Origin: Pseudomonadota bacterium
GTDB taxonomy: Bacteria > Pseudomonadota > Gammaproteobacteria > Burkholderiales > JABEVD01
DNA: 64,000 nucleotides
NCBI GenBank assembly: GCA_021802545.1
Contig: JAJZRS010000010.1
Coordinates: 6,801-70,800, forward strand
Reading direction: 5' to 3'
This document shows, in pieces, positions 48,393 through 56,793 of this stretch; within the stretch, counting starts at the first letter, position 1; each line of letters starts with the position of its first letter. The notes below the pieces were generated by a model. The model did no database searches, was not told where the DNA came from, and saw only the letters and a program-made list of their open reading frames with translations. The position numbers and the translations under genes are program-made.

Positions 48393-48620
48393 TCACTTCT
48401 TCTTCATGAAGAAGACATATTCGCCGTTTGACTCGCTCTGCTCAAGCAGTTCGTTGCCCGTCTGCTTGGCGAAGGCCTGCATATCCTTGACGGAACCGCA
48501 ATCGGTCGAGACGACCTTGAGCACCTGACCGGGATTCATGTCGGCCAGCGATTTTTTCGTCTTCAGGATGGGAAGCGGACAGTTGAGGCCGCGTGCGTCG
48601 AGTTCTTTCTGAAATTCCAT
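48393..48620 (-). CDS. tusA: TusA-family sulfur carrier
   Basis: MEFQKELDARGLNCPLPILKTKKSLADM from the ATG at 48620 (75 aa), with the canonical Cys-Pro-x-Pro motif. Confidence 0.87.
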   Translation of the reverse strand: MEFQKELDARGLNCPLPILKTKKSLADMNPGQVLKVVSTDCGSVKDMQAFAKQTGNELLEQSESNGEYVFFMKKK

Positions 48621-48674
48621 GTTGGTCTCCGTAAAAAACGTTTCACTTGCTTGAAACACATTCTCAATATAATG

Positions 48675-48743
48675 CTATTAGGCGGAATTTGTGATTCAAC
48701 CGTCTATAGCCGAAATGGGTCATGCCAGGATAACCCTCATGGG
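48675..48743 (-). promoter_or_regulatory. Conserved tripartite upstream module, copy B (in front of tusA-dsrE3-like)
   Basis: Plus-strand reading: CTATTA (48675-80), N21, GTCTATAGCC (48702-11), N18, ATAACCC (48730-36), TCATGGG. This is the reverse complement of copy A, i.e. the same orientation relative to the downstream gene. Confidence 0.6.
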
Positions 48744-48754
48744 TTACGTGGTTA

Positions 48755-49546
48755 TCATCGCACGACCAGAACCGGCATTTCCGACCGCTCCACCACGCGC
48801 CTGGCTGTCCCGAGAGAGCGGACATCCGACATGCCGACGACGGTCAGATCGGCATCTATGGGCGAGGCCAGAATTTCGTCACAGGGCTGTCCAATCCTCA
48901 CCAGAGTTTTCGCGGAAACACCGGATTCCTCGGCGATTTTCTTGGCATCCGAAACGATGCGTTCGGCATCCATCCTTTTTTCCTCGTTCGCTGCAACGCA
49001 GAGCAGATGGAGCGGCAGACCGCACTCGGATGCAATCTTGGCGGAAATGATTGCAACCCGTTCCGTTTTCGAAGAGCCGTCGACTGAAGCCAGAATTCCC
49101 TTCGACCACATCCGGCAGGCGCGAGGCACCATCAGCACCGAACAGGGTGAATTCGACACGACTTGGCTCACCATTTCTCCGATGAGGAGCTTCGCAATAA
49201 AACCACGCCTGCCGCGGCGCCTGATGACGATGAGGTCGGATTTTCTCTCGAGCGCCTCCCTGACGATCTCTTCAGCTGCGACCCCGCGCCTTGCCCTGAT
49301 GGCAAGCGACACCCCTGCATCCTTCGCAATTCTTTCGAGATCGGCCATTCTCGATGCGGTTTCCTGCTCGGCACGCCCGGCAAGGGTCTGTGCGGCAGCC
49401 TCGAATTCGGGATTGCTGGATACGGGCACGACGACGGAAAGGGGAAGCCCGCACGCTTTCGCCATTTCGAGCGCAACGCGCTCGGAGCCCGAGTCGAACT
49501 CGGTATGCTCTGTGGCGAGGAGAATGTTCCCGAAGGGATGGCTCAT
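48755..49546 (-). CDS. Tandem universal stress protein (UspA family)
   Basis: 263-aa ORF with two USP domains (NILLATEHTEFS.., LIVIRRRGRRG, VLMVP, PVLVV). Confidence 0.83.
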   Translation of the reverse strand: MSHPFGNILLATEHTEFDSGSERVALEMAKACGLPLSVVVPVSSNPEFEAAAQTLAGRAEQETASRMADLERIAKDAGVSLAIRARRGVAAEEIVREALERKSDLIVIRRRGRRGFIAKLLIGEMVSQVVSNSPCSVLMVPRACRMWSKGILASVDGSSKTERVAIISAKIASECGLPLHLLCVAANEEKRMDAERIVSDAKKIAEESGVSAKTLVRIGQPCDEILASPIDADLTVVGMSDVRSLGTARRVVERSEMPVLVVR

Positions 49547-49547
49547 G

Positions 49548-49964
49548 TCAATGCCTCGATATCATGCCCGATGCAGCCAGAACGAGTATGGCGATTTCGA
49601 GCGCGCATATGGCGAAATAGACCCAGTCTCGACGCTTCGCATAGATGGGCATGACCGCGAAGATGCAGAAGATCGAGCAGCCCGAAAGGATTGCGATCCC
49701 CAGAAAGCTCGCGAGATCGCCATTTCCAAGCATGGTGATCCAGTCCCATCCCTTGGGCATGCCCGTCACCTTCAGGTATTCCGGAGCTGGAAGGCTCCAG
49801 ACCTGGGGCAATTTCGCGAGCGGGATCCTGGGAGGCAGGATGTTGAACACGTAGGCCACGAAAGTGGCGATCAGCATCAGGAAACCTGCGAGCGTGCTCC
49901 AGTGCAGCCATGCGGCATAGCGCAGCTGCTCGGTGTCGAACCGTTTGGAATCATTCATGTCCAT
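49548..49964 (-). CDS. DUF1634-like membrane protein (usual partner of TauE/SafE)
   Basis: 138-aa ORF with three to four TM segments. Overlaps the tauE-like stop by 10 nt. Confidence 0.65.
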   Translation of the reverse strand: MDMNDSKRFDTEQLRYAAWLHWSTLAGFLMLIATFVAYVFNILPPRIPLAKLPQVWSLPAPEYLKVTGMPKGWDWITMLGNGDLASFLGIAILSGCSIFCIFAVMPIYAKRRDWVYFAICALEIAILVLAASGMISRH

Positions 49965-50875
49965 ATCCCGAGCCCCTTGAGCAGCGCGCCAATCCCCGAG
50001 ATCAGCAGCATGGCAATGACCAGCTTGCGTATCACCGAGGCATTGAGCACGGAAAGAAGATGCGCCCCTATTCTCGCACCGATCATCATGCCGACGACGG
50101 AGGGAACCGCGACAACTGGAAGTATCGCACCGTTGTCAAGATAATACCATGTCGCAGAAGAACTCGCCGTGGTCAGAATCAGGCTGGAAGTCCCGGCTGC
50201 GACCTTCAGGGGAACGCCCATCAGGAGATTGAGGACGGGCACGTTGGCCCAGCCTGCTCCCACGCCGAACAGGCCGCCCAGGAAGCCGATCACCAGAAAC
50301 ATGCCCATCCCGAGCGGCGTTCTGTGAACCTGCCAATTCATGTCCTTTCCGGAAATCACGTCGCGAAAGATGCCGTGGATGGACAGCATCCTGGAAAGAT
50401 TGTCGGACGCGGGCACATGGGGAAACTCCGACTTCTTGGCCATCGCCATCAGCGCGACGATGCCGAGGATGGTGACGCCAAGCGCGATCTGAACCACATT
50501 CGCTGGCAGCGCAAGGCCCAGCATGGCTCCCCCTATCGCGCTGATGGATGCCCCGAAGGCGAGCGGCATGGCCAGCCTCAGATTGGCCAGCCCCCCCTTC
50601 AGAAGGGAAGGGCCTGCGGCAAGGGAACTCGCGAGCGCAACCAGGAGACCGGCTCCCCTCACGAAATCGAGATGAAAGGGGAAGAAGCTGCCCACGATGG
50701 GCACGAACAGCACACCTCCGCCCACTCCTGCTGGAACGGCCACGATGCCGAGGAAGAAGCAGACGACGAAGAGCGCGAGCGGCCATACCCACCATGCGCC
50801 TGTCGCCGCTACAGCCCCTGCGGCGAAGGCCGGGTGGGCGAAAAGAAGAAGAAAGAATGGCATCCAGCGCATCAT
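49955..50875 (-). CDS. TauE/SafE-family anion (sulfite/sulfonate) exporter
   Basis: 306-aa polytopic ORF with the family-typical repeats GVGGGVLFVPI and G.GAGWANVP. Confidence 0.82.
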   Translation of the reverse strand: MMRWMPFFLLLFAHPAFAAGAVAATGAWWVWPLALFVVCFFLGIVAVPAGVGGGVLFVPIVGSFFPFHLDFVRGAGLLVALASSLAAGPSLLKGGLANLRLAMPLAFGASISAIGGAMLGLALPANVVQIALGVTILGIVALMAMAKKSEFPHVPASDNLSRMLSIHGIFRDVISGKDMNWQVHRTPLGMGMFLVIGFLGGLFGVGAGWANVPVLNLLMGVPLKVAAGTSSLILTTASSSATWYYLDNGAILPVVAVPSVVGMMIGARIGAHLLSVLNASVIRKLVIAMLLISGIGALLKGLGIWT

Positions 50876-50877
50876 GG

Positions 50878-51855
50878 TCAGCCTATGCTCTGATAATAAA
50901 GATTCTGGGGATGATTGGCCTCTGCAAAGAAATACCAGCGCTCTGCGAGAAGTCCGCCGTACTGCACGATGAAAGCGAATCCCGCCAGCATCGCTGAAGC
51001 AACACTGAAGCTTGCTGCAAGCAGTGCGAGCGGAAGAACGAAAGCGAAAACCAGAAAGGCTGGCTTCAGCATCTTGAAAAAGGCTTCGCTTTTGCCGTGG
51101 AAAAATTCACGGGTATTGAAGGAGCCGCCCATGAATCCCACGGATTTCTGGACGATCTTAGGATGCTTCACCCCGATGGCGGTCTGGATAGTCGATTTCG
51201 GCCTCAGGCGCTTGTTCCTGACCAGGGAAGCGATGCGCCCCAGGAGGCCGAGGAAGGTGATGATGAACGCCCAGCCCGAAAAGAATTTCGTCAATTCAGG
51301 CGCAGCAACCGATGCATAGAAGGCCGCAAGGACGAACCCCGATGCTCCGCCGAGCAGAATGTAATTGACGACGGTGAGCGGGCTGTTCCATTCCCTCAGG
51401 AATTTCAGACACGCATAGATCATGGCCGTGCACCCGAAAAGCACGAAGGCGAGCATGGTGCCGAATATGCCGAACAGATCGGACAGATCGACAGGCACCC
51501 CGCTCGGCAGCGTCGCGACCTGGGGTTTCCAGTGCAGGAAATGCATGAGGCCGTAGCAGAACACGACGCCCATGAAGGTCGGCAGCACGATGACTTCGCG
51601 CGAAAGCCAGGAAGTGCGCCACTGGCTAGCCGCGCGCCAGGCGCGCTCGGGATGCCCAAGATGGAAGAACGAGGCGACGAGGCCTAGCGCGAGGAACGCC
51701 AGCGCGATCAAGCTGCCGGTCGCGTAAAAGCCGTCCGCTTCCTTGGGAAGCAGGCCGAATGCAGCATAGGACTGCAGGGTGAAGAGGGCGAGAAAAAGCC
51801 CCTGACCTGCGCCGATCAGCGTGGTGAGAAAGATGACTGAGAACGCTGGATTCAT
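50878..51855 (-). CDS. soeC: SoeC, DmsC/NrfD-like membrane anchor of cytoplasmic sulfite:quinone oxidoreductase
   Basis: 325-aa polytopic ORF directly after soeB. Confidence 0.78.
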   Translation of the reverse strand: MNPAFSVIFLTTLIGAGQGLFLALFTLQSYAAFGLLPKEADGFYATGSLIALAFLALGLVASFFHLGHPERAWRAASQWRTSWLSREVIVLPTFMGVVFCYGLMHFLHWKPQVATLPSGVPVDLSDLFGIFGTMLAFVLFGCTAMIYACLKFLREWNSPLTVVNYILLGGASGFVLAAFYASVAAPELTKFFSGWAFIITFLGLLGRIASLVRNKRLRPKSTIQTAIGVKHPKIVQKSVGFMGGSFNTREFFHGKSEAFFKMLKPAFLVFAFVLPLALLAASFSVASAMLAGFAFIVQYGGLLAERWYFFAEANHPQNLYYQSIG

Positions 51856-51859
51856 ACTG

Positions 51860-52591
51860 TTACCATGAAGTGATGTCGTCGAGCGAAGGCTCGCTCTTGG
51901 CCGGCTTGGGCAGAAGTCCGTCCACCTTGAGCGGATTGTCTGCGCGCTCCAGCTCGTCCTCGTGGATCTTGATGTTCGTCTTCCTGCGCGGCAGATAATG
52001 GTTCGATGGATGGGTTCCCCATTCTGGCATCAACGCATAGCCGCCGTTTTCCCTGATCGCTATCGACACATTGGATTCGGGATCATGAATGTCGCCGAAC
52101 AGCCGCGCGCTCGTCGGACATGCCTTGACGCAGGACGGTTTCCTGTCGATTTCGGCGAGAGACTGGTCGTAGATGCGGTCCACGCAAAGCGTGCACTTCT
52201 TCATCACCTTCGATTTCTCGTCGATCTCGCGCACGCCGTAGGGGCACGCCCAGGAGCAGTACTTGCATCCGATGCACTTGTCGTAGTCGACCAGCACGAT
52301 GCCATCTTCCTTGCGCTTGTAGGATGCCCCGGTCGGGCATACCGGAACGCAGGGCGGATCCTCGCAGTGCAGGCAGGATTTGGGGAAGTGGACCGTTTCC
52401 GTGTTCGGGAATTCCCCCACTTCAAAGGTCTGCACCCGGTTGAAAAATGTGCCGGTCGGGTCCGCGCCATAAGGTCGCTCGTCCACCAGGGGACCTGCCG
52501 ACCCAGAAGTATTCCATTCCTTGCAGCTCGTCACGCAGGCATGGCAGCCGACGCAGACGTTGAGATCGATCACGAGGGCGAGCTGAGTCAT
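51860..52591 (-). CDS. soeB: SoeB, four-cluster FeS subunit
   Basis: MTQLALVIDLNVCVGCHACVTSCKEWN from the ATG at 52591 (ATGA overlap with the soeA stop). Four ferredoxin-type Cys groups. Confidence 0.86.
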   Translation of the reverse strand: MTQLALVIDLNVCVGCHACVTSCKEWNTSGSAGPLVDERPYGADPTGTFFNRVQTFEVGEFPNTETVHFPKSCLHCEDPPCVPVCPTGASYKRKEDGIVLVDYDKCIGCKYCSWACPYGVREIDEKSKVMKKCTLCVDRIYDQSLAEIDRKPSCVKACPTSARLFGDIHDPESNVSIAIRENGGYALMPEWGTHPSNHYLPRRKTNIKIHEDELERADNPLKVDGLLPKPAKSEPSLDDITSW

Positions 52592-55479
52592 TTGTTCTTC
52601 CCTCCGAAATAGGCGATCCATGAAGGCCTGGCCTTCATGCCCGGATAAGGCTTCATCGGCTCGAACTGTGGCGAACTCACTTCTTCGCCCGCTTCGGCCT
52701 TGTAGATGCGCACGCGCACATCATACCAGGCAGCCTGCCCCGTGATCGGATCGGAATTGGAATAACGCGCGCCCTCCCTGTTCTCGGGCAATTCCTCGGA
52801 AATCAGATGGTTGAGCAGGAAGCCCTGCTGCGATTCGTTTGCGTCCGGCGTGAGGTTCCATGCCCCCGCCGCCTTGCCTATGGCATTCCATGTCCACACC
52901 GTTCCCGGTTCGACCGCCTCGGAATAGCGCGCCATGCAGCGCACCTTGCCCCATTGCGATTCGACCCAGATCCAGTCGCCGTCCGCAATTCCAGACGACT
53001 TTGCGGTGGCGGCGTTCACGTACAGGTAATTGTATGTATGGATCTGGCGCAGCCATGCGTTCTGCGAATCCCACGAATGGTACATCGCCATGGGACGCTG
53101 GGTCACGGCGGCAAGCGGGTACTTGCCCTTGTCGCTCATCTGCGCTTCGAGCGGCTCGTAATAGAAGGGCAGCGGATCGAAATAGCTCTCCACCCGCTTT
53201 GCAAGATGCGCAGGCGGCTTCCGGGTGATTCCCCTGCCCTGGGCGGCCAGCTTGAACTTCTGCAGCACTTCCGAATAAAGATGGATCAGGATGGGCTCGG
53301 AATAGCGCGTGATCCTGTTGCGCTGCGACCAGTCGAGGTAACCCTTGTTCCAGTTGCGCATGAACTGGTACGAGCGCGGCAGCTCGTAATGAAACACGCA
53401 ATTGTTCTGCGCATACATTTCCCACTGCTTCGGGTTGGGTTCGCCGCGCATGAATTTCTCTCCCCCCTTCCCTCTCCATCCGGAAAGGAAGCCGATTCCC
53501 GAGCCGGGTTCGGTTTCGAAATTCACGATGAAGTCGGGATAATCGCGGTATTTCCGCCTGCCTTCGGGGGTGACGAAAGCGGGAAACTTGAGCCTCGAGC
53601 CGAGTTCGATCAGCACTTCCTGGAAAGGCTTGCAGTCCCCGGTGGGCGGCATGATCGGAATCCTGACCGAATCGACCGGTCCGTCGAATTCGGAAATCGG
53701 ACGGTCCAGCATGGACATCACGTCGTAGCGCTCGAGATAGGTCGTGTCGGGCAGAATCAGATCGGCGAAAGCGGTCATCTCGGAATGGAAGGCATCGCAG
53801 ACGACGAGGAAGGGAATCTTGTATTCTCCATTCTCCTTCTTGTCGTTCAGCATTTCCCTGACTTCCTGGGCGTTCATGGTCGAATTCCAGGACATGTTGG
53901 CCATGAAGATCAGGAGCGTGTCGATCTCGTAGGGGTCCCCTCGCCAGGCATTGGTGATGACATTGTGCATGAGGCCATGCACAGAAAGCGGATATTCCCA
54001 GGAGAAGGCCTTGTCTATCCTGACAGGTTCCCCATTCTCGTCGACGAACAGGTCGTCAGGATCGGCCGGCCAGCCGAGCGCAAGGCCGTCGAGCGGATGA
54101 TTGGGCTTCACCGCGAGGGGGCTGTTGGGCGTTCTCGCGCAGGGCGGAATCGGGCGCGGGAAAGGCGCCTTGTGGCGGAATCCGCCGGGCCTGTCTATGG
54201 TGCCCAGGATGGTCATCAGGATGGACATCGCCCTGATCGTCTGGAAGCCGTTCGAATGGGCCGCGAGCCCCCTCATGGCATGGAAGGCCACCGGATTGCC
54301 GACGACGGTATCGTGCTCCTTCCCCCATGAATCGGTCCAGGCGATCGGCAGCTCGATCTTCTGGTCGCGCGCCGTGATGCCCATTTCATGCGCGAGGCGC
54401 TTGATGGTTTCGGCCGGTATGCCGGTGATCGCGCTCGCCCATTCCGGAGTATAGTCCTTCACCCGCTCCTTCAGGAGCTGGAAGGCGGGCTTGACCGACG
54501 TGCCGTCGGGCAAAGCGAATTCCCCGAAAAGATAGGGATCCGCCCCCTCGGTGTGCGTGACGACGGGCTTGTTGGTATTCCTGTCCCACCACAGCTTGTT
54601 CTGGGGATCGTAGCAGCCCTCTTCCTGAGGCACTTCGGTGCGCACGAACATGCCGAATTCGTCGTGCGCGTCGTCTAGATTCACGAGCTGCCCGGAATTC
54701 GTGTAGCGCACCAGGAAGTCCCTGTCGTAGAGGCCAAGCGCGATGATCTCGTGGATCAGCGCGAGAAACAGCGCGCCATCTGTGCCCGGCCTGATCGGCA
54801 CCCATTCGTCCGCAATCGCGGAATAGCCGGTCCTGACGGGGTTGATGGAAATGAATCGCCCGCCTTCCCGCTTGAACTTGGAAATCGCGATCTTGAGCGG
54901 ATTCGAGTGATGGTCCTCTGCGGTGCCGATCATGATGAACAGCTTGGAGCGCTCCAGATCCGGCCCGCCGAATTCCCAGAAGGATCCGCCTATCGTGTAG
55001 ATCATCCCTGCAGCCATGTTCACGGAACAGAAACCGCCGTGCGCCGCGTAATTGGGCGTACCGAACTGGCGAGCGAAAAGCCCGGTCAGGGCCTGCATCT
55101 GGTCGCGCCCGGTAAAGAGGGCGAATTTCTTGGGGTCGGTCGAACGGATTTTTCCGAGGCGATCGGAAAGGATGCCGAAGACTTCCTCCCATTCAATTTC
55201 CTCGAATTCCCCTGCTCCGCGTTCTGCACCGGCCTTTCTTCTGAGCGGCTTGGTGAGGCGGGCGGGCGAATACTGTTTCATGATTCCGGACGAACCCTTG
55301 GCGCAGATCACCCCGCCGTTCAGCGGATGGTCAGGATTGCCGTCTATGTATCGGACTTCCCCGTCCCTGATATGGACGCGTATGCCGCAGCGGCAGGCGC
55401 ACATGTAGCAGGTTGTGTTGCGTATTTCGGATTTCGCTCCCGGGACTGTAGGATCGTGAAGCGGGGTTGATGATGACAT
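52588..55479 (-). CDS. soeA: SoeA, molybdopterin (DMSO-reductase family) catalytic subunit without Tat signal
   Basis: 963 aa from the ATG at 55479: MSSSTPLHDPTVPGAKSEIRNTTCYMCACRCGIRV (N-terminal FeS Cys cluster, no twin-arginine leader). Subunit sizes of 963/243/325 aa fit SoeABC. The track ORF extension to 55620 covers the promoter module and is rejected. Confidence 0.85.
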   Translation of the reverse strand: MSSSTPLHDPTVPGAKSEIRNTTCYMCACRCGIRVHIRDGEVRYIDGNPDHPLNGGVICAKGSSGIMKQYSPARLTKPLRRKAGAERGAGEFEEIEWEEVFGILSDRLGKIRSTDPKKFALFTGRDQMQALTGLFARQFGTPNYAAHGGFCSVNMAAGMIYTIGGSFWEFGGPDLERSKLFIMIGTAEDHHSNPLKIAISKFKREGGRFISINPVRTGYSAIADEWVPIRPGTDGALFLALIHEIIALGLYDRDFLVRYTNSGQLVNLDDAHDEFGMFVRTEVPQEEGCYDPQNKLWWDRNTNKPVVTHTEGADPYLFGEFALPDGTSVKPAFQLLKERVKDYTPEWASAITGIPAETIKRLAHEMGITARDQKIELPIAWTDSWGKEHDTVVGNPVAFHAMRGLAAHSNGFQTIRAMSILMTILGTIDRPGGFRHKAPFPRPIPPCARTPNSPLAVKPNHPLDGLALGWPADPDDLFVDENGEPVRIDKAFSWEYPLSVHGLMHNVITNAWRGDPYEIDTLLIFMANMSWNSTMNAQEVREMLNDKKENGEYKIPFLVVCDAFHSEMTAFADLILPDTTYLERYDVMSMLDRPISEFDGPVDSVRIPIMPPTGDCKPFQEVLIELGSRLKFPAFVTPEGRRKYRDYPDFIVNFETEPGSGIGFLSGWRGKGGEKFMRGEPNPKQWEMYAQNNCVFHYELPRSYQFMRNWNKGYLDWSQRNRITRYSEPILIHLYSEVLQKFKLAAQGRGITRKPPAHLAKRVESYFDPLPFYYEPLEAQMSDKGKYPLAAVTQRPMAMYHSWDSQNAWLRQIHTYNYLYVNAATAKSSGIADGDWIWVESQWGKVRCMARYSEAVEPGTVWTWNAIGKAAGAWNLTPDANESQQGFLLNHLISEELPENREGARYSNSDPITGQAAWYDVRVRIYKAEAGEEVSSPQFEPMKPYPGMKARPSWIAYFGGKNK

Positions 55480-55541
55480 AGCCTTGATTTTCAAAATTCG
55501 ATTCTCCCATTGTAGCCAAGAACGACCACTCGGGAACCCCG

Positions 55542-55610
55542 CTATTAAGCGCAATCGACGCCCCAGGTGTCTATAACCGTATCGGGTGAGAAAGGCATAA
55601 CCCGCATGGG
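55542..55610 (-). promoter_or_regulatory. Conserved tripartite upstream module, copy C (in front of soeA)
   Basis: Plus-strand reading: CTATTA (55542-47), N21, GTCTATAACC (55569-78), N18, ATAACCC (55597-603), GCATGGG. It aligns base-for-base with copy B. Confidence 0.6.
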
Positions 55611-55633
55611 GGATAACCACTCAACTATAAGTG

Positions 55634-55661
55634 TTGCAAGGCGTAACAAATAATTTATAAT
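55634..55661 (+). promoter_or_regulatory. Sigma-70 type promoter of the histidine kinase gene (probably leaderless mRNA)
   Basis: TTGCAA (55634-39), N16, TATAAT (55656-61). The ATG at 55669 lies 8 nt after the -10 box and has no SD. Confidence 0.45.
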
Positions 55662-55668
55662 CGTTCAA

Positions 55669-56793
55669 ATGAGCGCAGCCGTGAAGGAATCCGTTCCAGA
55701 AAACAAGCCCTCGAACAGAGACGAATGCTCGACGCTGGCAGAAGGATTTCTGGGGACGATAGCAAAAATGACCGGCGCCATAGCTGGCGCGGTGCGCGTC
55801 CTTTCCGACGATGGAAAGGAGATGCGTCTCATAGGCTCCTTTGGCCTGGAGGAAGAGGTCGTCGAATGCGAAAGCACCACCGACAGTAGCTGCGGCGCCT
55901 GCGGCGCAGCCTTGCGCGAGCTGGAGGCCAGGTTTGCAGGCGTGAAGACCTGCATGCTCCGCAACGGCAGAAACTTTTTCGGCAAAGGATGCAAAAGCAT
56001 GGTTGCCGTCCCGCTCGTGGCCAGAGGAGAAACAATAGGCATCTTCAACCTCTTTTTTTCCTCCCCGAAGACGATTCCCGAAGAAGCCGAAAAGAATCTC
56101 TATTTCCTGGGCGAACTGCTCGCCATCGCGCTGGACAATTCGAGGCGCGCCAGGGAAAGCCGGCGAGCCGGCATCGTGACCGAGCGCCGCTGCATGGCCA
56201 ACGAGATCCACGATTCCCTGGCCCAGAATCTTGTATTCGCGAGAATGCGCATGAGCCTGCTGAACGAGGCGATCAGAACAAACAATGACGAACTCGCCGG
56301 AAAATACGTGAACGATGTCACCGAGGCGCTTTCTTCCGGTCAGCGTGCAGTTCGCGAGCTGATCACCCATTTCCGCAGCCCCATGGATCCGCTCGGACTC
56401 GAGCACGCGTTGCGCGAACTCGTCGAGGAATTCAAGAAGCGCAGCGGAATACCCCTGGAATTCAGCAACCGCGTCGGAGAATTCGATCTCCCCGTCGAGT
56501 ACGAGCTACAGGCATTCAACATCGTGCGCGAAGTGCTTGCCAACATCGCCGCGCATTCCAGCGCAACCCGCGCACACCTTGCCGTTTGTCGCAACTCGGG
56601 ACAATTCGTGTTCGTCATCGAAGACAACGGCTCTGGCATTCCCGACACACTGCCCTGCGAAGGGCATTACGGCCTCACGATCATGCGCGAACGCGCCATG
56701 AGAATGGGCGGAACGCTCGAGGTTGAAAGCGCTTGCGGCCAGGGCACCAAAGTGAAGCTGAGCATCCCCTGCAGTCCGGAGACATTATCATGA
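55669..56793 (+). CDS. Soluble GAF-domain sensor histidine kinase (HisKA_3 / NarX-type)
   Basis: 374-aa ORF with no TM segment. N-terminal GAF-like domain with a Cys-rich insert, H-box MANEIHDSLAQNL, and an ATPase domain (IEDNGSGIP, GHYGLTIMRERA). Confidence 0.85.
   Translation: MSAAVKESVPENKPSNRDECSTLAEGFLGTIAKMTGAIAGAVRVLSDDGKEMRLIGSFGLEEEVVECESTTDSSCGACGAALRELEARFAGVKTCMLRNGRNFFGKGCKSMVAVPLVARGETIGIFNLFFSSPKTIPEEAEKNLYFLGELLAIALDNSRRARESRRAGIVTERRCMANEIHDSLAQNLVFARMRMSLLNEAIRTNNDELAGKYVNDVTEALSSGQRAVRELITHFRSPMDPLGLEHALRELVEEFKKRSGIPLEFSNRVGEFDLPVEYELQAFNIVREVLANIAAHSSATRAHLAVCRNSGQFVFVIEDNGSGIPDTLPCEGHYGLTIMRERAMRMGGTLEVESACGQGTKVKLSIPCSPETLS

Noticed and set aside
52588-55620. 1010-aa version of soeA starting at 55620.
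   Set aside because: The extra 47 codons run through the intergenic promoter module and have no homology. The FeS-cluster N-terminus typical of the family follows the ATG at 55479.
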